From IMG/VR virus record IMGVR_UViG_3300030095_005604, positions 3,448 through 67,447 of that record: a stretch of DNA of 64,000 bases, one strand, 5' to 3'. Under the pieces are notes generated by a model. The model worked only from the letters and a program-made list of their open reading frames with translations, searched no databases and was not told where the DNA came from. The stretch's first letter is position 1. Every line of letters starts with the position of its first letter. The translations under genes were made by a program, and so were the position numbers. Below, one piece after another: positions 48,821 to 58,154 of this stretch. The DNA comes from a virus (lineage: Duplodnaviria; Caudoviricetes).

Positions 48821-49163
48821 TAAGAGATTGAGAGTTAATCTATGCTTGGTGACATCACTTGTTGACCGAATAGTCCAAGAAAGTTTTCTCTCTTCTCAGA
48901 GTGTTTGGCGAGATTGGTTCGACTCCAATCCACTGGGTCGCTCCCAGTTATGGGTAGAAGGTTCGATTCCTTCTTCACTCACAGAGAGAGGTGCTCATAC
49001 TTGATTGTTTGGATAGTGAGTCAAATCACTATAGAATGGTAGACATTACTGATAATTCAGTCCCTCAGCACTCTCTCCTCACGATTAAAATAGGTTATAT
49101 TGAGTGATAGGATACTATTGCTCTACTACAAACCCTCAGTTTTACTCCTTTCTCTGAGGGTTT
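48821..49163 (+). ncRNA. Candidate multi-domain structured RNA with two tRNA-like T-arms
   Basis: No long ORF; own promoter; GATTGG-TTCGACT-CCAATC, ACTGGG/CCCAGT, AGAAGG-TTCGATT-CCTTCT, GAGAGAG(G)TGCT/AGCACTCTCTC; ends in 10-bp AAACCCTCAG/CTGAGGGTTT. Confidence 0.7.
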
Positions 49164-49228
49164 GTTACATATTGTTACAATTAATATCGATTATTTACTT
49201 GACGCGTATTGGTTTTATTCCTTATATT
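49164..49228 (+). promoter_or_regulatory. GTTACA box plus promoter (4)
   Basis: GTTACA-TATT-GTTACA, then TTGACG-N18-TATATT. Confidence 0.8.
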
Positions 49229-49263
49229 ATAGTATAAGTTAAGTTAACAATAAAAGGAGTTAT

Positions 49264-50460
49264 ATGAATTACACAAATATTTTTAGAGTCGAGTCAGGTC
49301 AGAAGAATCTCTTCGGCAAAGTATCGACTATCTATACGGCTTTTGATAGGGAAGGTAATAAGGTCCCTGCAAAGTTTCTGCCTAAACCTATTCGTCAAGA
49401 TGCATTCGATAATAATCAATGTATTGCAGTTACTGCTGACGGTGGTCTTATATTAGTAGATGCGTCTCAATTTGATACCGCTAACATAGTATCAGAAGAA
49501 CCAACTACTACAACTTCGACCGTTGATGTTCCTGTTGAGCATCAAGAGGTTTTAAATTTCATTCATTCATCTTATTCTTTGAAACCAAAAGCATTAATGA
49601 TGTCAGAACTTAAATGGAAGTATCTGATTAGAGGTGCTGTTCGTGGTAAGAATATTATGATGACTGGTCCCGCTGGTTGTGGTAAGACTATGGCTGCAAA
49701 GGCAGTAGTTAATTCACTCGATAGACCAGATTTCTATTTCAACCTGGGTGCTACTCAAGACCCAAGAGCTACTTTGATTGGTAACACTCACTTTAATACC
49801 GATAGTGGTACTTACTTTTCAGAATCTAACTTTGTTAAAGCAATCAAGACACCAAACGCGGTGATACTACTTGATGAGTTATCGAGAGCTCATCCAGATG
49901 CTTGGAACATACTGATGACGGTATTAGATAGTGGTCAAAGGTATCTAAGACTTGATGAGGCTAATGGTCAAGAGACTATTAAAGTGGCTGATGGTGTTAC
50001 ATTCATTGCAACTGCAAACATTGGAAATGAATATACATCAACAAGGGTTATGGATAAAGCATTGATGGATAGATTTACTATAGTGGAGATGGATGTACTA
50101 TCAGAGGAAGACGAAAACTCCTTATTAACTTATATGTTTCCTAATGTTGATAGTGGTGTCCTAGGTAATGTGGCTAAGATAGCTACTCTAACGAGAACTG
50201 AATCTAAATCAGATACAGCTAGAATCACTTCAGGTATCTCAACAAGAACCACGGTTGAACTATGTGGTCTATTGTATGATGGCTTCTCACTACAAGAGGC
50301 TGCAGAGGTATCTATTTATCCTCAGTATGATAGTACTGGTGGTGTAGATAGTGAAAGAACCTTTGTGAAGCAAATTGTGCAGAAGTTCTGTGATGATGGT
50401 TCATCTGATGACTTGTTCAATGAAGAAGAGATGGCTACTGCTGACGAGGACACTTACTAA
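49264..50460 (+). CDS. MoxR/CbbQ/NorQ-type AAA+ ATPase (phage CobS-like)
   Basis: GPAGCGKT, LLDELSR, FIATAN, DKALMDRF. Confidence 0.88.
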   Translation: MNYTNIFRVESGQKNLFGKVSTIYTAFDREGNKVPAKFLPKPIRQDAFDNNQCIAVTADGGLILVDASQFDTANIVSEEPTTTTSTVDVPVEHQEVLNFIHSSYSLKPKALMMSELKWKYLIRGAVRGKNIMMTGPAGCGKTMAAKAVVNSLDRPDFYFNLGATQDPRATLIGNTHFNTDSGTYFSESNFVKAIKTPNAVILLDELSRAHPDAWNILMTVLDSGQRYLRLDEANGQETIKVADGVTFIATANIGNEYTSTRVMDKALMDRFTIVEMDVLSEEDENSLLTYMFPNVDSGVLGNVAKIATLTRTESKSDTARITSGISTRTTVELCGLLYDGFSLQEAAEVSIYPQYDSTGGVDSERTFVKQIVQKFCDDGSSDDLFNEEEMATADEDTY

Positions 50461-50471
50461 TCCACTCAATT

Positions 50472-50544
50472 GAGGGGTCTTAACCGGCCCCTCTGATTCC
50501 CCAACTTGAAATGGTTTTTCATGCGTAATTAAAAAAGGGGAATC
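50472..50544 (+). other. GC-rich stem-loops after the ATPase gene (terminator or structured RNA)
   Basis: GAGGGGTC/GGCCCCTC and GATTCCCC/GGGGAATC. Confidence 0.45.
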
Positions 50545-50656
50545 GAGCTCTATGTCGCAGCCGTTGTGCAGTCAATTTTTACACTATAGAAAAATAATAA
50601 ACATTTATCTCACAATGTGAGAAGCTAGTAAATTAAAACAACTAAAGGAACTATTT

Positions 50657-51280
50657 ATGAATATGAAGATGAAGAAACTAACACTACTTAGCTTGATTGC
50701 TTTAACAATGTTTTACATTGGTAGACTTACTACTCCAGAATTGAATAAACCTCATCACATAACACCTACAATCACTCATACCATTGAACACCAATACATT
50801 GATGAAATGATTGATTATGAATCCGAAGCAATATACATTAAACAAACATTCAAGTCCAATATGTCAACCAGTAAGATTAAACATTTATTAATCTATATCC
50901 ATGGTATGTGTGAACATTATGATTTGAATTACAATTTAGTTAAGTCCGTCATTAGTACTGAGAGTGGTTGGAGATATAATGCTAAATCATCTGCTGGAGC
51001 ATTAGGTTTGATGCAAATAATGAAGGCTTGTGCTACTGATTACAAGACTCCTCATTCTGAAATGTATGACCCTTATGTTAATGTTACCATTGGTATTAAA
51101 TACTTATCCAAGTTAACTAAACAATTCGACAATACATTAACCGCTCTTGTTGGATACAATGAGGGTCCTAGGTATGCTAAGAATTATAAAGAAGATTACA
51201 TTAATAACTCCCGTTATGTTATTAAAGTTATTAATTACTTGGATTCTTTTGATACCACTACTGAACTGGCTGGTATATAA
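50657..51280 (+). CDS. Soluble lytic transglycosylase (SLT) domain protein with N-terminal hydrophobic anchor
   Basis: VISTESG, SSAGALGLMQIM, DPYVN..IGIKYL, ALVGYNEG. Confidence 0.88.
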   Translation: MNMKMKKLTLLSLIALTMFYIGRLTTPELNKPHHITPTITHTIEHQYIDEMIDYESEAIYIKQTFKSNMSTSKIKHLLIYIHGMCEHYDLNYNLVKSVISTESGWRYNAKSSAGALGLMQIMKACATDYKTPHSEMYDPYVNVTIGIKYLSKLTKQFDNTLTALVGYNEGPRYAKNYKEDYINNSRYVIKVINYLDSFDTTTELAGI

Positions 51281-51283
51281 TTC

Positions 51284-51337
51284 GTTACATATTGTTACAA
51301 TTAATTCATTTGATATATCCGATTTTCTTCTTATATT
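51284..51337 (+). promoter_or_regulatory. GTTACA box plus promoter (5)
   Basis: GTTACA-TATT-GTTACA, weak -35, TATATT 51332-51337. Confidence 0.7.
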
Positions 51338-51386
51338 ATATAGTAGTTGAGAATGAACTTAACTACATTTGAAAGGAGACTCAGAT

Positions 51387-51755
51387 ATGAGTTCATTAGG
51401 TTTAGATTTTTCCAAGATAAAGAAGATTACAGATTTCAATAATCTATCAGGTGGTGGTATTGTGTATAAGAATGATTACAATAATCCCAAGACTAAAGGT
51501 TACAAGAAGTCTACTACACGACAAGTTGTTAGTCCAGCTATGCGTTCTATTGTTGTTAATTGTATTAAAGATAAAGTTGATGATTATGATGTAGTAGTAT
51601 CACGATTAGAATCAGCAGGTCTTGATTCAGTTAAAGAATCTTATTGGGATATGGCTCTTCGAGCCTTTAGTTATATTGATATTGATTCAGAGAATGATGT
51701 TACTAATTGGATTAATAGTCCTAAAGATATTAAGACTTATATGGAGACTATATAA
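51387..51755 (+). CDS. Hypothetical protein
   Basis: SD AAGGAG; start ATG 51387. Confidence 0.5.
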   Translation: MSSLGLDFSKIKKITDFNNLSGGGIVYKNDYNNPKTKGYKKSTTRQVVSPAMRSIVVNCIKDKVDDYDVVVSRLESAGLDSVKESYWDMALRAFSYIDIDSENDVTNWINSPKDIKTYMETI

Positions 51756-51893
51756 TATGTGGTCATTTAACACATTTTTTTTGTGTTTGTTGTTTGGGTT
51801 GTCTTGGGAGTTTTCTCTCGGAGCTGCTCTTTATGTTTTCATTCACAAACATTCTATATTAACTAAATACAATTGTTGTAACGGGTGTAAATA

Positions 51894-52646
51894 ATGAAAA
51901 GACAAGATACAACTAAACAACTAAAATGTCGTAAATGTTACAAGAACCCTCAAGAGTGGCAAGGATACCGTAAGAAGAAAGTTAATGGTGTTTTTGTCAG
52001 AGTTAAAGACGAGAATGGTAATGACATAAAAATATACAGAGCCATATGTACTAAGTGTAAGATGAAACAGATTGACGCTAGACACAATGGTAGTTATGCT
52101 AAAGTTCTCAGAACAAAAGTCAACAAAGATTATTTAGACAAATATGGGTTAACAAAAGCTCAGTATGATAAGGAACAATCTTTGAAACACAATTTACCTA
52201 TGTTACGATTTATGTACCAAGGTGATACAGAAAAAGAATTAACTTGTATGTGGTCAAATGACCCATTAGAAAATATAGTTTTAAAGAATTACAAAACAGG
52301 TGTAGAAATTGTTAAAGTTTGTATTATGGACCTACATCATATGTTAGTTAAAGATAGATGTAGTGTTAAGAAATCTGGACAAGAACCTTCTATGATAGTT
52401 GGTAAAGGTTCTCTTTATAATAAACAAACAAAAACTATCGCTGAGTTATTAAGATGTATTCCTATCACATCTACTTCACATACACAGATACACCATATAA
52501 ACAAAAATTTAGATTTAGATAATTATCCAGATAATATTAGACCGTGGGCTATTCGTTCTAAAGAAAACTTTGAATCATTCAAAGAGAAATATAATTATCC
52601 GTTGTTAGATTATGATAGATTAATAAAAGGATTATACCATGACTAA
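51894..52646 (+). CDS. Hypothetical Zn-binding protein (possibly HNH-like C-terminus)
   Basis: CRKC...CTKC; DLHH...HTQIH. Confidence 0.45.
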   Translation: MKRQDTTKQLKCRKCYKNPQEWQGYRKKKVNGVFVRVKDENGNDIKIYRAICTKCKMKQIDARHNGSYAKVLRTKVNKDYLDKYGLTKAQYDKEQSLKHNLPMLRFMYQGDTEKELTCMWSNDPLENIVLKNYKTGVEIVKVCIMDLHHMLVKDRCSVKKSGQEPSMIVGKGSLYNKQTKTIAELLRCIPITSTSHTQIHHINKNLDLDNYPDNIRPWAIRSKENFESFKEKYNYPLLDYDRLIKGLYHD

Positions 52647-53130
52647 ATGTTCAAGATGTAGTGTAGATGTTCCTCAAGCTCGTATAGATGAGGGATATAC
52701 TATTTGTGTAGATTGTTCAACTGAAGAAAAGGTTTCGTGTCATACTATATATCCTCACAAGACAGGTGGATACATTCAAGTAGTTACTAAGGAACAATCA
52801 GCTAATTTGAATCGTTTAGATAGAAGAGGTACATCTGTTAAATCATCTAAACATTACAAGCCTTTTATTGTAGAAAAAAAGGAACCGAAAGAATATAAGA
52901 ATCATAGATGTACAAAAGTTTATACAACATATGAAACAGCTTTAGCTAAAGTTAACTCATATTATGAAGAGTGGGGTTATGAGCCTACATTGAAGTATTT
53001 AAGACAAATGAATAGTTCAGGTGAGATACCTTTAATGACACGAGTCAAAGTACAAGATGTCATTACTGAAAGATATTTAAATCCATCACCGAGAGCTTTA
53101 GTTAGAAAGATTAAGAGAGGTGTTGCATAA
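52639..53130 (+). CDS. Hypothetical Zn-finger protein
   Basis: CSRC...CVDC. Confidence 0.5.
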   Translation: MTKCSRCSVDVPQARIDEGYTICVDCSTEEKVSCHTIYPHKTGGYIQVVTKEQSANLNRLDRRGTSVKSSKHYKPFIVEKKEPKEYKNHRCTKVYTTYETALAKVNSYYEEWGYEPTLKYLRQMNSSGEIPLMTRVKVQDVITERYLNPSPRALVRKIKRGVA

Positions 53131-53444
53131 TGACACCAGGTGAAATAAGATGGATTAAAAAACATACAGAAAAAACATTTAAAGAATTAAATATAAAAGG
53201 AGTAAATATGAAATCAAATAAAAAAACGGTTGCTCACACAAAGAATCCTATAGTGGGTAAGTTGTTAAGATTGAAGTATAAGATAAATGAAGCTTATCGT
53301 AGTTATCCACACGAGACAAATAAAGCTGATAAGTCTTGGGTTATGAATCTAATATCAGATGTTAGAAAAAACAATCTAACTAAATTGTCTAAAGAAGATA
53401 TATTACATTGTAATGGATTGTGGAGGGACTATGAAGGGAAGTAG
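53130..53444 (+). CDS. Hypothetical protein
   Basis: C-terminal SKEDILHCNGLWRDY. Confidence 0.45.
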   Translation: MTPGEIRWIKKHTEKTFKELNIKGVNMKSNKKTVAHTKNPIVGKLLRLKYKINEAYRSYPHETNKADKSWVMNLISDVRKNNLTKLSKEDILHCNGLWRDYEGK

Positions 53445-53709
53445 ATTAGTAGATGTATTAGATGATAAACCATTGAACAAGAAACAATGGGATATCATTA
53501 TTGGTAAATTAAAAAAATTAGGGACTGCTATAGAAATGTTCTATGGTCCCGAAATGAACATTGATGACGCAGACTATAGATTTGTTAATGATAGAATTGA
53601 ATATTATGAAACAAAAGGAAGATTGTTAACTAAAGATGAAATGAAAGTTTGTAACAATCTATGGAATCGTTATCATCCTAAGAAACAAGTTAAGGAGATA
53701 TTAAAATGA
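53431..53709 (+). CDS. Hypothetical protein, probable paralog of the upstream gene
   Basis: C-terminal TKDEMKVCNNLWNRY; SD GGAGG. Confidence 0.45.
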   Translation: MKGSRLVDVLDDKPLNKKQWDIIIGKLKKLGTAIEMFYGPEMNIDDADYRFVNDRIEYYETKGRLLTKDEMKVCNNLWNRYHPKKQVKEILK

Positions 53710-53936
53710 TGGGTGCAAATTACGGAAGAAGAAAAGAAGACAACAATGGAATATCTATGTTACCAATATGGATGGACAGGTTGATGAATGTATGTAAATA
53801 CTTTCTATACATTGTACCATTCTTGTGTTGTAGTATAGCAATGTTGGTTGAAGGAACACCAACAAGTCAAAGTTATATATTGACAGCAGTGTATTGTTTA
53901 TCATTATTAAAGTTAATAGAATTGGCAGATAAATAA
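53706..53936 (+). CDS. Small membrane protein
   Basis: Hydrophobic segments. Confidence 0.4.
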   Translation: MMGANYGRRKEDNNGISMLPIWMDRLMNVCKYFLYIVPFLCCSIAMLVEGTPTSQSYILTAVYCLSLLKLIELADK

Positions 53937-54841
53937 TGAACAGGTTCGGGTGGATATTAGTCAAAGATAAATTTTGGGATGCGTATGAAACCAATAGATT
54001 GATTGAAGAATTTCAAAAACAAGATATTGATGTTCAACTCGTAGACCCAAACACGGTTGATATATTTGTTAATAAAGATAATAAAAAGTCAATCGTGGTA
54101 AATGGTGAGTCAAGTGATTTACCTAACTTTGTGTTCCCGAGAACTGGAAGTGGGACAACTTATTATATCAAAGCTGTCATTAGACACTTTGAAAGATTAG
54201 GAGTTCCTATAATTAACTCAAGTGATGCCATAGATAATGTAAAAGATAAATTGTACTCACATCAGATATTAGCAGAATCTAATCTTGATATACCTAATAC
54301 GATGTTATTAAAACATCCTATTGATATAGGATTTGTGGAAGCTTATATTGGGTTTCCAGCTATCGTTAAGACAATTAGTGGTAGTTATGGGAGAGGTGTA
54401 TTCTTAGCAGAAAACAAAAAACAATTTAAACAATTACTAACTATGGCAGAACTTACTAAGCCCAAGTACAACATTATTGTACAAGAATTTATCAAAGATA
54501 CTTGGGGTAAAGATTTACGAGTATTGGTTGTAAATAATAAAGTGGTTGGTTGTATGATGAGACAAGCACAAGATGATGATTTTAGAGCTAATATTACTCG
54601 TGGTGGACAAGGATTTCCATATGAGGTTAATGAACAGATAGAATGGTTATCAGTTGAATCAAGTAAAGCACTTAACTTGGACATCAGTGGAGTTGACTTG
54701 TTGTTTGATAATGGTGGTTATAAAATCTGTGAAGTAAATTCTAATCCTGGATTCGAAGGTATGGAAAAGTTCACAGGTAAAAACATAGCTGGTGAAATAG
54801 TATCATTTATAAAATTAAAGGTAGGTAAACAAAATGTATAA
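53936..54841 (+). CDS. rimK: RimK-family ATP-grasp ligase
   Basis: FPRTG, KDKL, GSYGRGV, QEFI...DLRVLV, FRANITRGG, GVDLL, EVNSNPG. Confidence 0.85.
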   Translation: MNRFGWILVKDKFWDAYETNRLIEEFQKQDIDVQLVDPNTVDIFVNKDNKKSIVVNGESSDLPNFVFPRTGSGTTYYIKAVIRHFERLGVPIINSSDAIDNVKDKLYSHQILAESNLDIPNTMLLKHPIDIGFVEAYIGFPAIVKTISGSYGRGVFLAENKKQFKQLLTMAELTKPKYNIIVQEFIKDTWGKDLRVLVVNNKVVGCMMRQAQDDDFRANITRGGQGFPYEVNEQIEWLSVESSKALNLDISGVDLLFDNGGYKICEVNSNPGFEGMEKFTGKNIAGEIVSFIKLKVGKQNV

Positions 54842-55328
54842 ACAATATATAAAAGAATATAAAGATTTTCCGATAGATGGTATAAACTATCTTGATTTAA
54901 ATCCAATATATAAAGATGGACAATTGTTACAAAAAATAACTGATGATTGTATTGAATTAATTAGAGACTTTGATTTTCGTTATATTGGGTTAGTTGAATC
55001 GAGAGGATTTATATTAGGTTCTATTATAGCACATCAATTGGGTAAGGGTGTAGTTCTATTGAGAAGCAAGAAGAATAGATTACCAGGTAAGACACATACC
55101 GTAGCTCACACTTTAGAGTATGGTGAATCAGTTGTTGAAGTACAAGAAGGTTCAGGTAAAGTTCTGGTATTTGATGATGTGTTGGCTACAGGTGGTACTG
55201 CTACAGGTTCTATTGAAGTGTTACAGAAAGCTGGATACACACCAACATCTGCTTTATTCTTAGTAGAGTTGGATTTCTTAAATCCTAAATTAGATGTTCC
55301 ACATAGAAGTGTGATTCATTATGAGTAG
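54834..55328 (+). CDS. apt: Adenine phosphoribosyltransferase
   Basis: DFPIDGI, ESRGF, LEYG, VFDDVLATGGT. Confidence 0.9.
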   Translation: MYKQYIKEYKDFPIDGINYLDLNPIYKDGQLLQKITDDCIELIRDFDFRYIGLVESRGFILGSIIAHQLGKGVVLLRSKKNRLPGKTHTVAHTLEYGESVVEVQEGSGKVLVFDDVLATGGTATGSIEVLQKAGYTPTSALFLVELDFLNPKLDVPHRSVIHYE

Positions 55329-55875
55329 AATATTAATAGTATCAGCATTACCTCAAGAAGTACCTAACTTTACTTGGCCACTTCCTGGGACATTATTGTA
55401 TACAGGTGTTGGTAAGGTTAATGCAACTTATAAACTAACAGATGTTTTAACGAGAGCTGGCGGTACAAAGAGATATGATTTAGTAATCAATTATGGAACA
55501 GCTGCTTCTAAAGCACATAATGGGTTAGTTGATTGTACAAAATTTATACAACGAGATATGGATGCGACACCGATGGGATTAAAGATAGGTGAAACACCAT
55601 TTGAAGATGGACCATCAATGATAGATTTCTCTCATATTAAAAATCCAATAGGTAAGAATCTTTGTTGTTATACAGGTGATTCCTTTGTAACAGATATTCA
55701 AGATATGGATGTTGTTGATATGGAAGCTTATGCATTAGCAAAAACTTGTAGGAATTTCGGAATAAATTTCGTAAGTTATAAGTATATATCAGACGATGGT
55801 AATGCTGATGATTGGGAGAACAATTGTGGTAAAGGTATCACAGAGTTTAAAAAGATATTAAAACACTATGACTAA
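55321..55875 (+). CDS. MTA/SAH nucleosidase (PNP_UDP_1 family)
   Basis: SALPQE, GVGKVNA, INYGTA, GDSF, VDMEAYA, ISD. Confidence 0.85.
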   Translation: MSRILIVSALPQEVPNFTWPLPGTLLYTGVGKVNATYKLTDVLTRAGGTKRYDLVINYGTAASKAHNGLVDCTKFIQRDMDATPMGLKIGETPFEDGPSMIDFSHIKNPIGKNLCCYTGDSFVTDIQDMDVVDMEAYALAKTCRNFGINFVSYKYISDDGNADDWENNCGKGITEFKKILKHYD

Positions 55876-56080
55876 GATAATCAACATACATACAGGAAAA
55901 GAAAAAGAACTAATGATGTTTGATTGTACAATATGTAATTGTAAATTCTCAGAACAAGAAGGTGGTTTACAGAGAGGTGTTATTGGTATGATATCCATAT
56001 CATTCTGTCCTACTTGTTTCTCAGGTGTATTGGATATGGCAGATTATTTCAGAGGTACAGATGAAGAAGAAGAAGAATAA
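55868..56080 (+). CDS. Small Zn-binding protein
   Basis: CTIC...CPTC. Confidence 0.5.
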   Translation: MTKIINIHTGKEKELMMFDCTICNCKFSEQEGGLQRGVIGMISISFCPTCFSGVLDMADYFRGTDEEEEE

Positions 56081-56282
56081 AAAACAAAAACGAAATATGA
56101 AATCTCAGATGAAGATGCCCCAACCAATCGATAAACTTACCACTTTAAGGGCAACTAATCGTGACTTGATGAAAGATTTGCCGCTCAACACGACTACCAA
56201 AGTCCACGATGATAAAAAAAAATATTCACGAAAAGAAAAACATAAGAAAAATTTTTCTCACGAAGACGAATAAGGAGATTGT

Positions 56283-56792
56283 ATGCCACTATCGAAATGG
56301 TCACGGAGACATAGAAGAACATTTGGTGATAAACCACCTAAACCAGAAATATTTTTAGAACATCATAGAGTACCACCTAAACCATCAAACTACTATACTG
56401 ATAAAAAAGGTGAGTGTAGATTTTGTGGTAGTGTGATTAAGAATCAAGATACAGGTGAAGTGAATAATAGAAAGAGTTGGCACTCTGAATGTGCTGACGA
56501 ATATATGTTGATGTATCATCCTGGTGAAGCAAGAAAACGATTATGGCAACGAGACAGAGGTTGTTGTGCTGGATGTGGTGATTCGTTTCCTAGAAAGTCA
56601 AGACAAAAAGATTTAAAATGGCATGTTGACCATATCAAACCATTATGGGAACAAAAAGGTAAAACATTTGAAGAGATTGATTTAGATTATTGGAGAGAAG
56701 ATAATTTACAAACATTATGTTTCGAATGTCACGCTTCAAAAACAAAAAAAGAAGCAACCGAGAGGGCTAAATTAAGAAAGGAAGATAAATGA
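56283..56792 (+). CDS. HNH endonuclease
   Basis: CAGCG...HVDHIKPL...NLQTLCFECH. Confidence 0.85.
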   Translation: MPLSKWSRRHRRTFGDKPPKPEIFLEHHRVPPKPSNYYTDKKGECRFCGSVIKNQDTGEVNNRKSWHSECADEYMLMYHPGEARKRLWQRDRGCCAGCGDSFPRKSRQKDLKWHVDHIKPLWEQKGKTFEEIDLDYWREDNLQTLCFECHASKTKKEATERAKLRKEDK

Positions 56793-57100
56793 AAAAGTTA
56801 ATATTATTATTAAGTATATCAGTTATGTTTGCATTTGATATGGATTCACCAAACCCAAATACACCATTAATAATAATAGGGACTTCATTGGTTGTGGCTG
56901 TTTCTGCAGATGTGTGGAATTGTATGTATCCTTATTATAATGGAGAGCATGAAAACATAGGTATGTTTTTTTGTTCTTGGGAAGAAGAAGATTTCTATTA
57001 TAGGAATGGTAGATACATTTTACATAAAACAGATTCAGATGATAATTGGATTGAAAAAGGAATGAGAAAAAGATATTGGAAAAAAAGAAACAAAAAATAG
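56789..57100 (+). CDS. Secreted or membrane hypothetical protein
   Basis: Signal-peptide-like N-terminus and a second hydrophobic segment. Confidence 0.45.
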   Translation: MKKLILLLSISVMFAFDMDSPNPNTPLIIIGTSLVVAVSADVWNCMYPYYNGEHENIGMFFCSWEEEDFYYRNGRYILHKTDSDDNWIEKGMRKRYWKKRNKK

Positions 57101-57101
57101 C

Positions 57102-57131
57102 TTGACTCGTATATGATTTATTCCGTATATT
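57102..57131 (+). promoter_or_regulatory. sigma70-like promoter
   Basis: TTGACT-N18-TATATT directly abutting ATG 57132. Confidence 0.7.
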
Positions 57132-58154
57132 ATGTTAAGTAGAGAATTTTTAATAAAACGAAAACAATGTTGTGGTAATGGATGTTTGATGTGTCCTTAC
57201 TTACCACGACACAACAAAGGGAGTATTAATTTGAATTTAAATATAGGTTACGCTTGTCAAAACATGCAACTTTCTAATCTTGGTAAAGGTAAGCGTGTTA
57301 CAATGAATCGTAGTTGTATCAAACGAACATTTAAGGAAAAAGGTATAGATTACATATCAGAAATATCTTTGAAAAATTGTTATGACTTAGAAAAACTAAT
57401 ACATTGGAATGAAGAGAATGGTATTAAGTTTTTCAGATTGTCATCTGATTTGATTCCATGGGCCTCTGAAATTGATTTAGAGACATTACCAGATATAAAA
57501 GAAATGAAAGAAGTACTATCAAGAGCTGGTAATTATGCTCTATCTGTAGGTCAGAGACTTACATCTCATCCAGGACAATTCAATGTATTGTGTTCTCCAA
57601 CTCCTAGAGTTGTTGAGAGATGTATTACAGACTTGTCTATACACGGAATAATATTTGATTGGTTGAATCAACCTCGTTCTCCATATGCTAAAATTAACAT
57701 TCACTTAGGTGGAGCGTATGGTGATAAAGAATCAGCTATGAAACGATGGTGTGAAAACTTTCATCGTTTACCTGATTCAGTTAAAACAAGATTGACGGTT
57801 GAAAATGATGATAAAGCATCTATGTATTCAGTTGTTGATTTATATGAGAATGTATACAAGAAAACGGGTGTACCAATTGTATTTGATTTTCATCATCATC
57901 AATTCTGTACAGGTGGATTATCAGAACAAGATGCTCTTGAAGTAGCTATATCTACTTGGCCAGTTGATGTAAAACCAGTTGTACATTATTCTGAATCAAG
58001 GTCTGAGGAATATGAGGACCCTAAAATTAAACCACAAGCACATTCAGACTATGTGTTAAGAAAAATAAATACATATCATAATGATGTGGACATTATGATT
58101 GAAGCTAAAGCTAAGGAATTAGCTAGAAAAAAATACTTGGAGATACACGGATGA
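57132..58154 (+). CDS. uvsE: UV-damage endonuclease with in-frame Cys-rich (DUF5522-like) N-terminal segment
   Basis: IGYAC, FFRLSSDL, HPGQF, NIHLG, LTVENDDK, DFHHH, HYSES, HSD, MIEAKAKE; N-terminal CCGNGCLMCPY. Confidence 0.9.
   Translation: MLSREFLIKRKQCCGNGCLMCPYLPRHNKGSINLNLNIGYACQNMQLSNLGKGKRVTMNRSCIKRTFKEKGIDYISEISLKNCYDLEKLIHWNEENGIKFFRLSSDLIPWASEIDLETLPDIKEMKEVLSRAGNYALSVGQRLTSHPGQFNVLCSPTPRVVERCITDLSIHGIIFDWLNQPRSPYAKINIHLGGAYGDKESAMKRWCENFHRLPDSVKTRLTVENDDKASMYSVVDLYENVYKKTGVPIVFDFHHHQFCTGGLSEQDALEVAISTWPVDVKPVVHYSESRSEEYEDPKIKPQAHSDYVLRKINTYHNDVDIMIEAKAKELARKKYLEIHG

Noticed and set aside
48821-49163. tRNA pair, tmRNA or RNase P RNA
   Set aside because: No anticodon arm, acceptor/CCA end, tag ORF or RNase P conserved core is visible.
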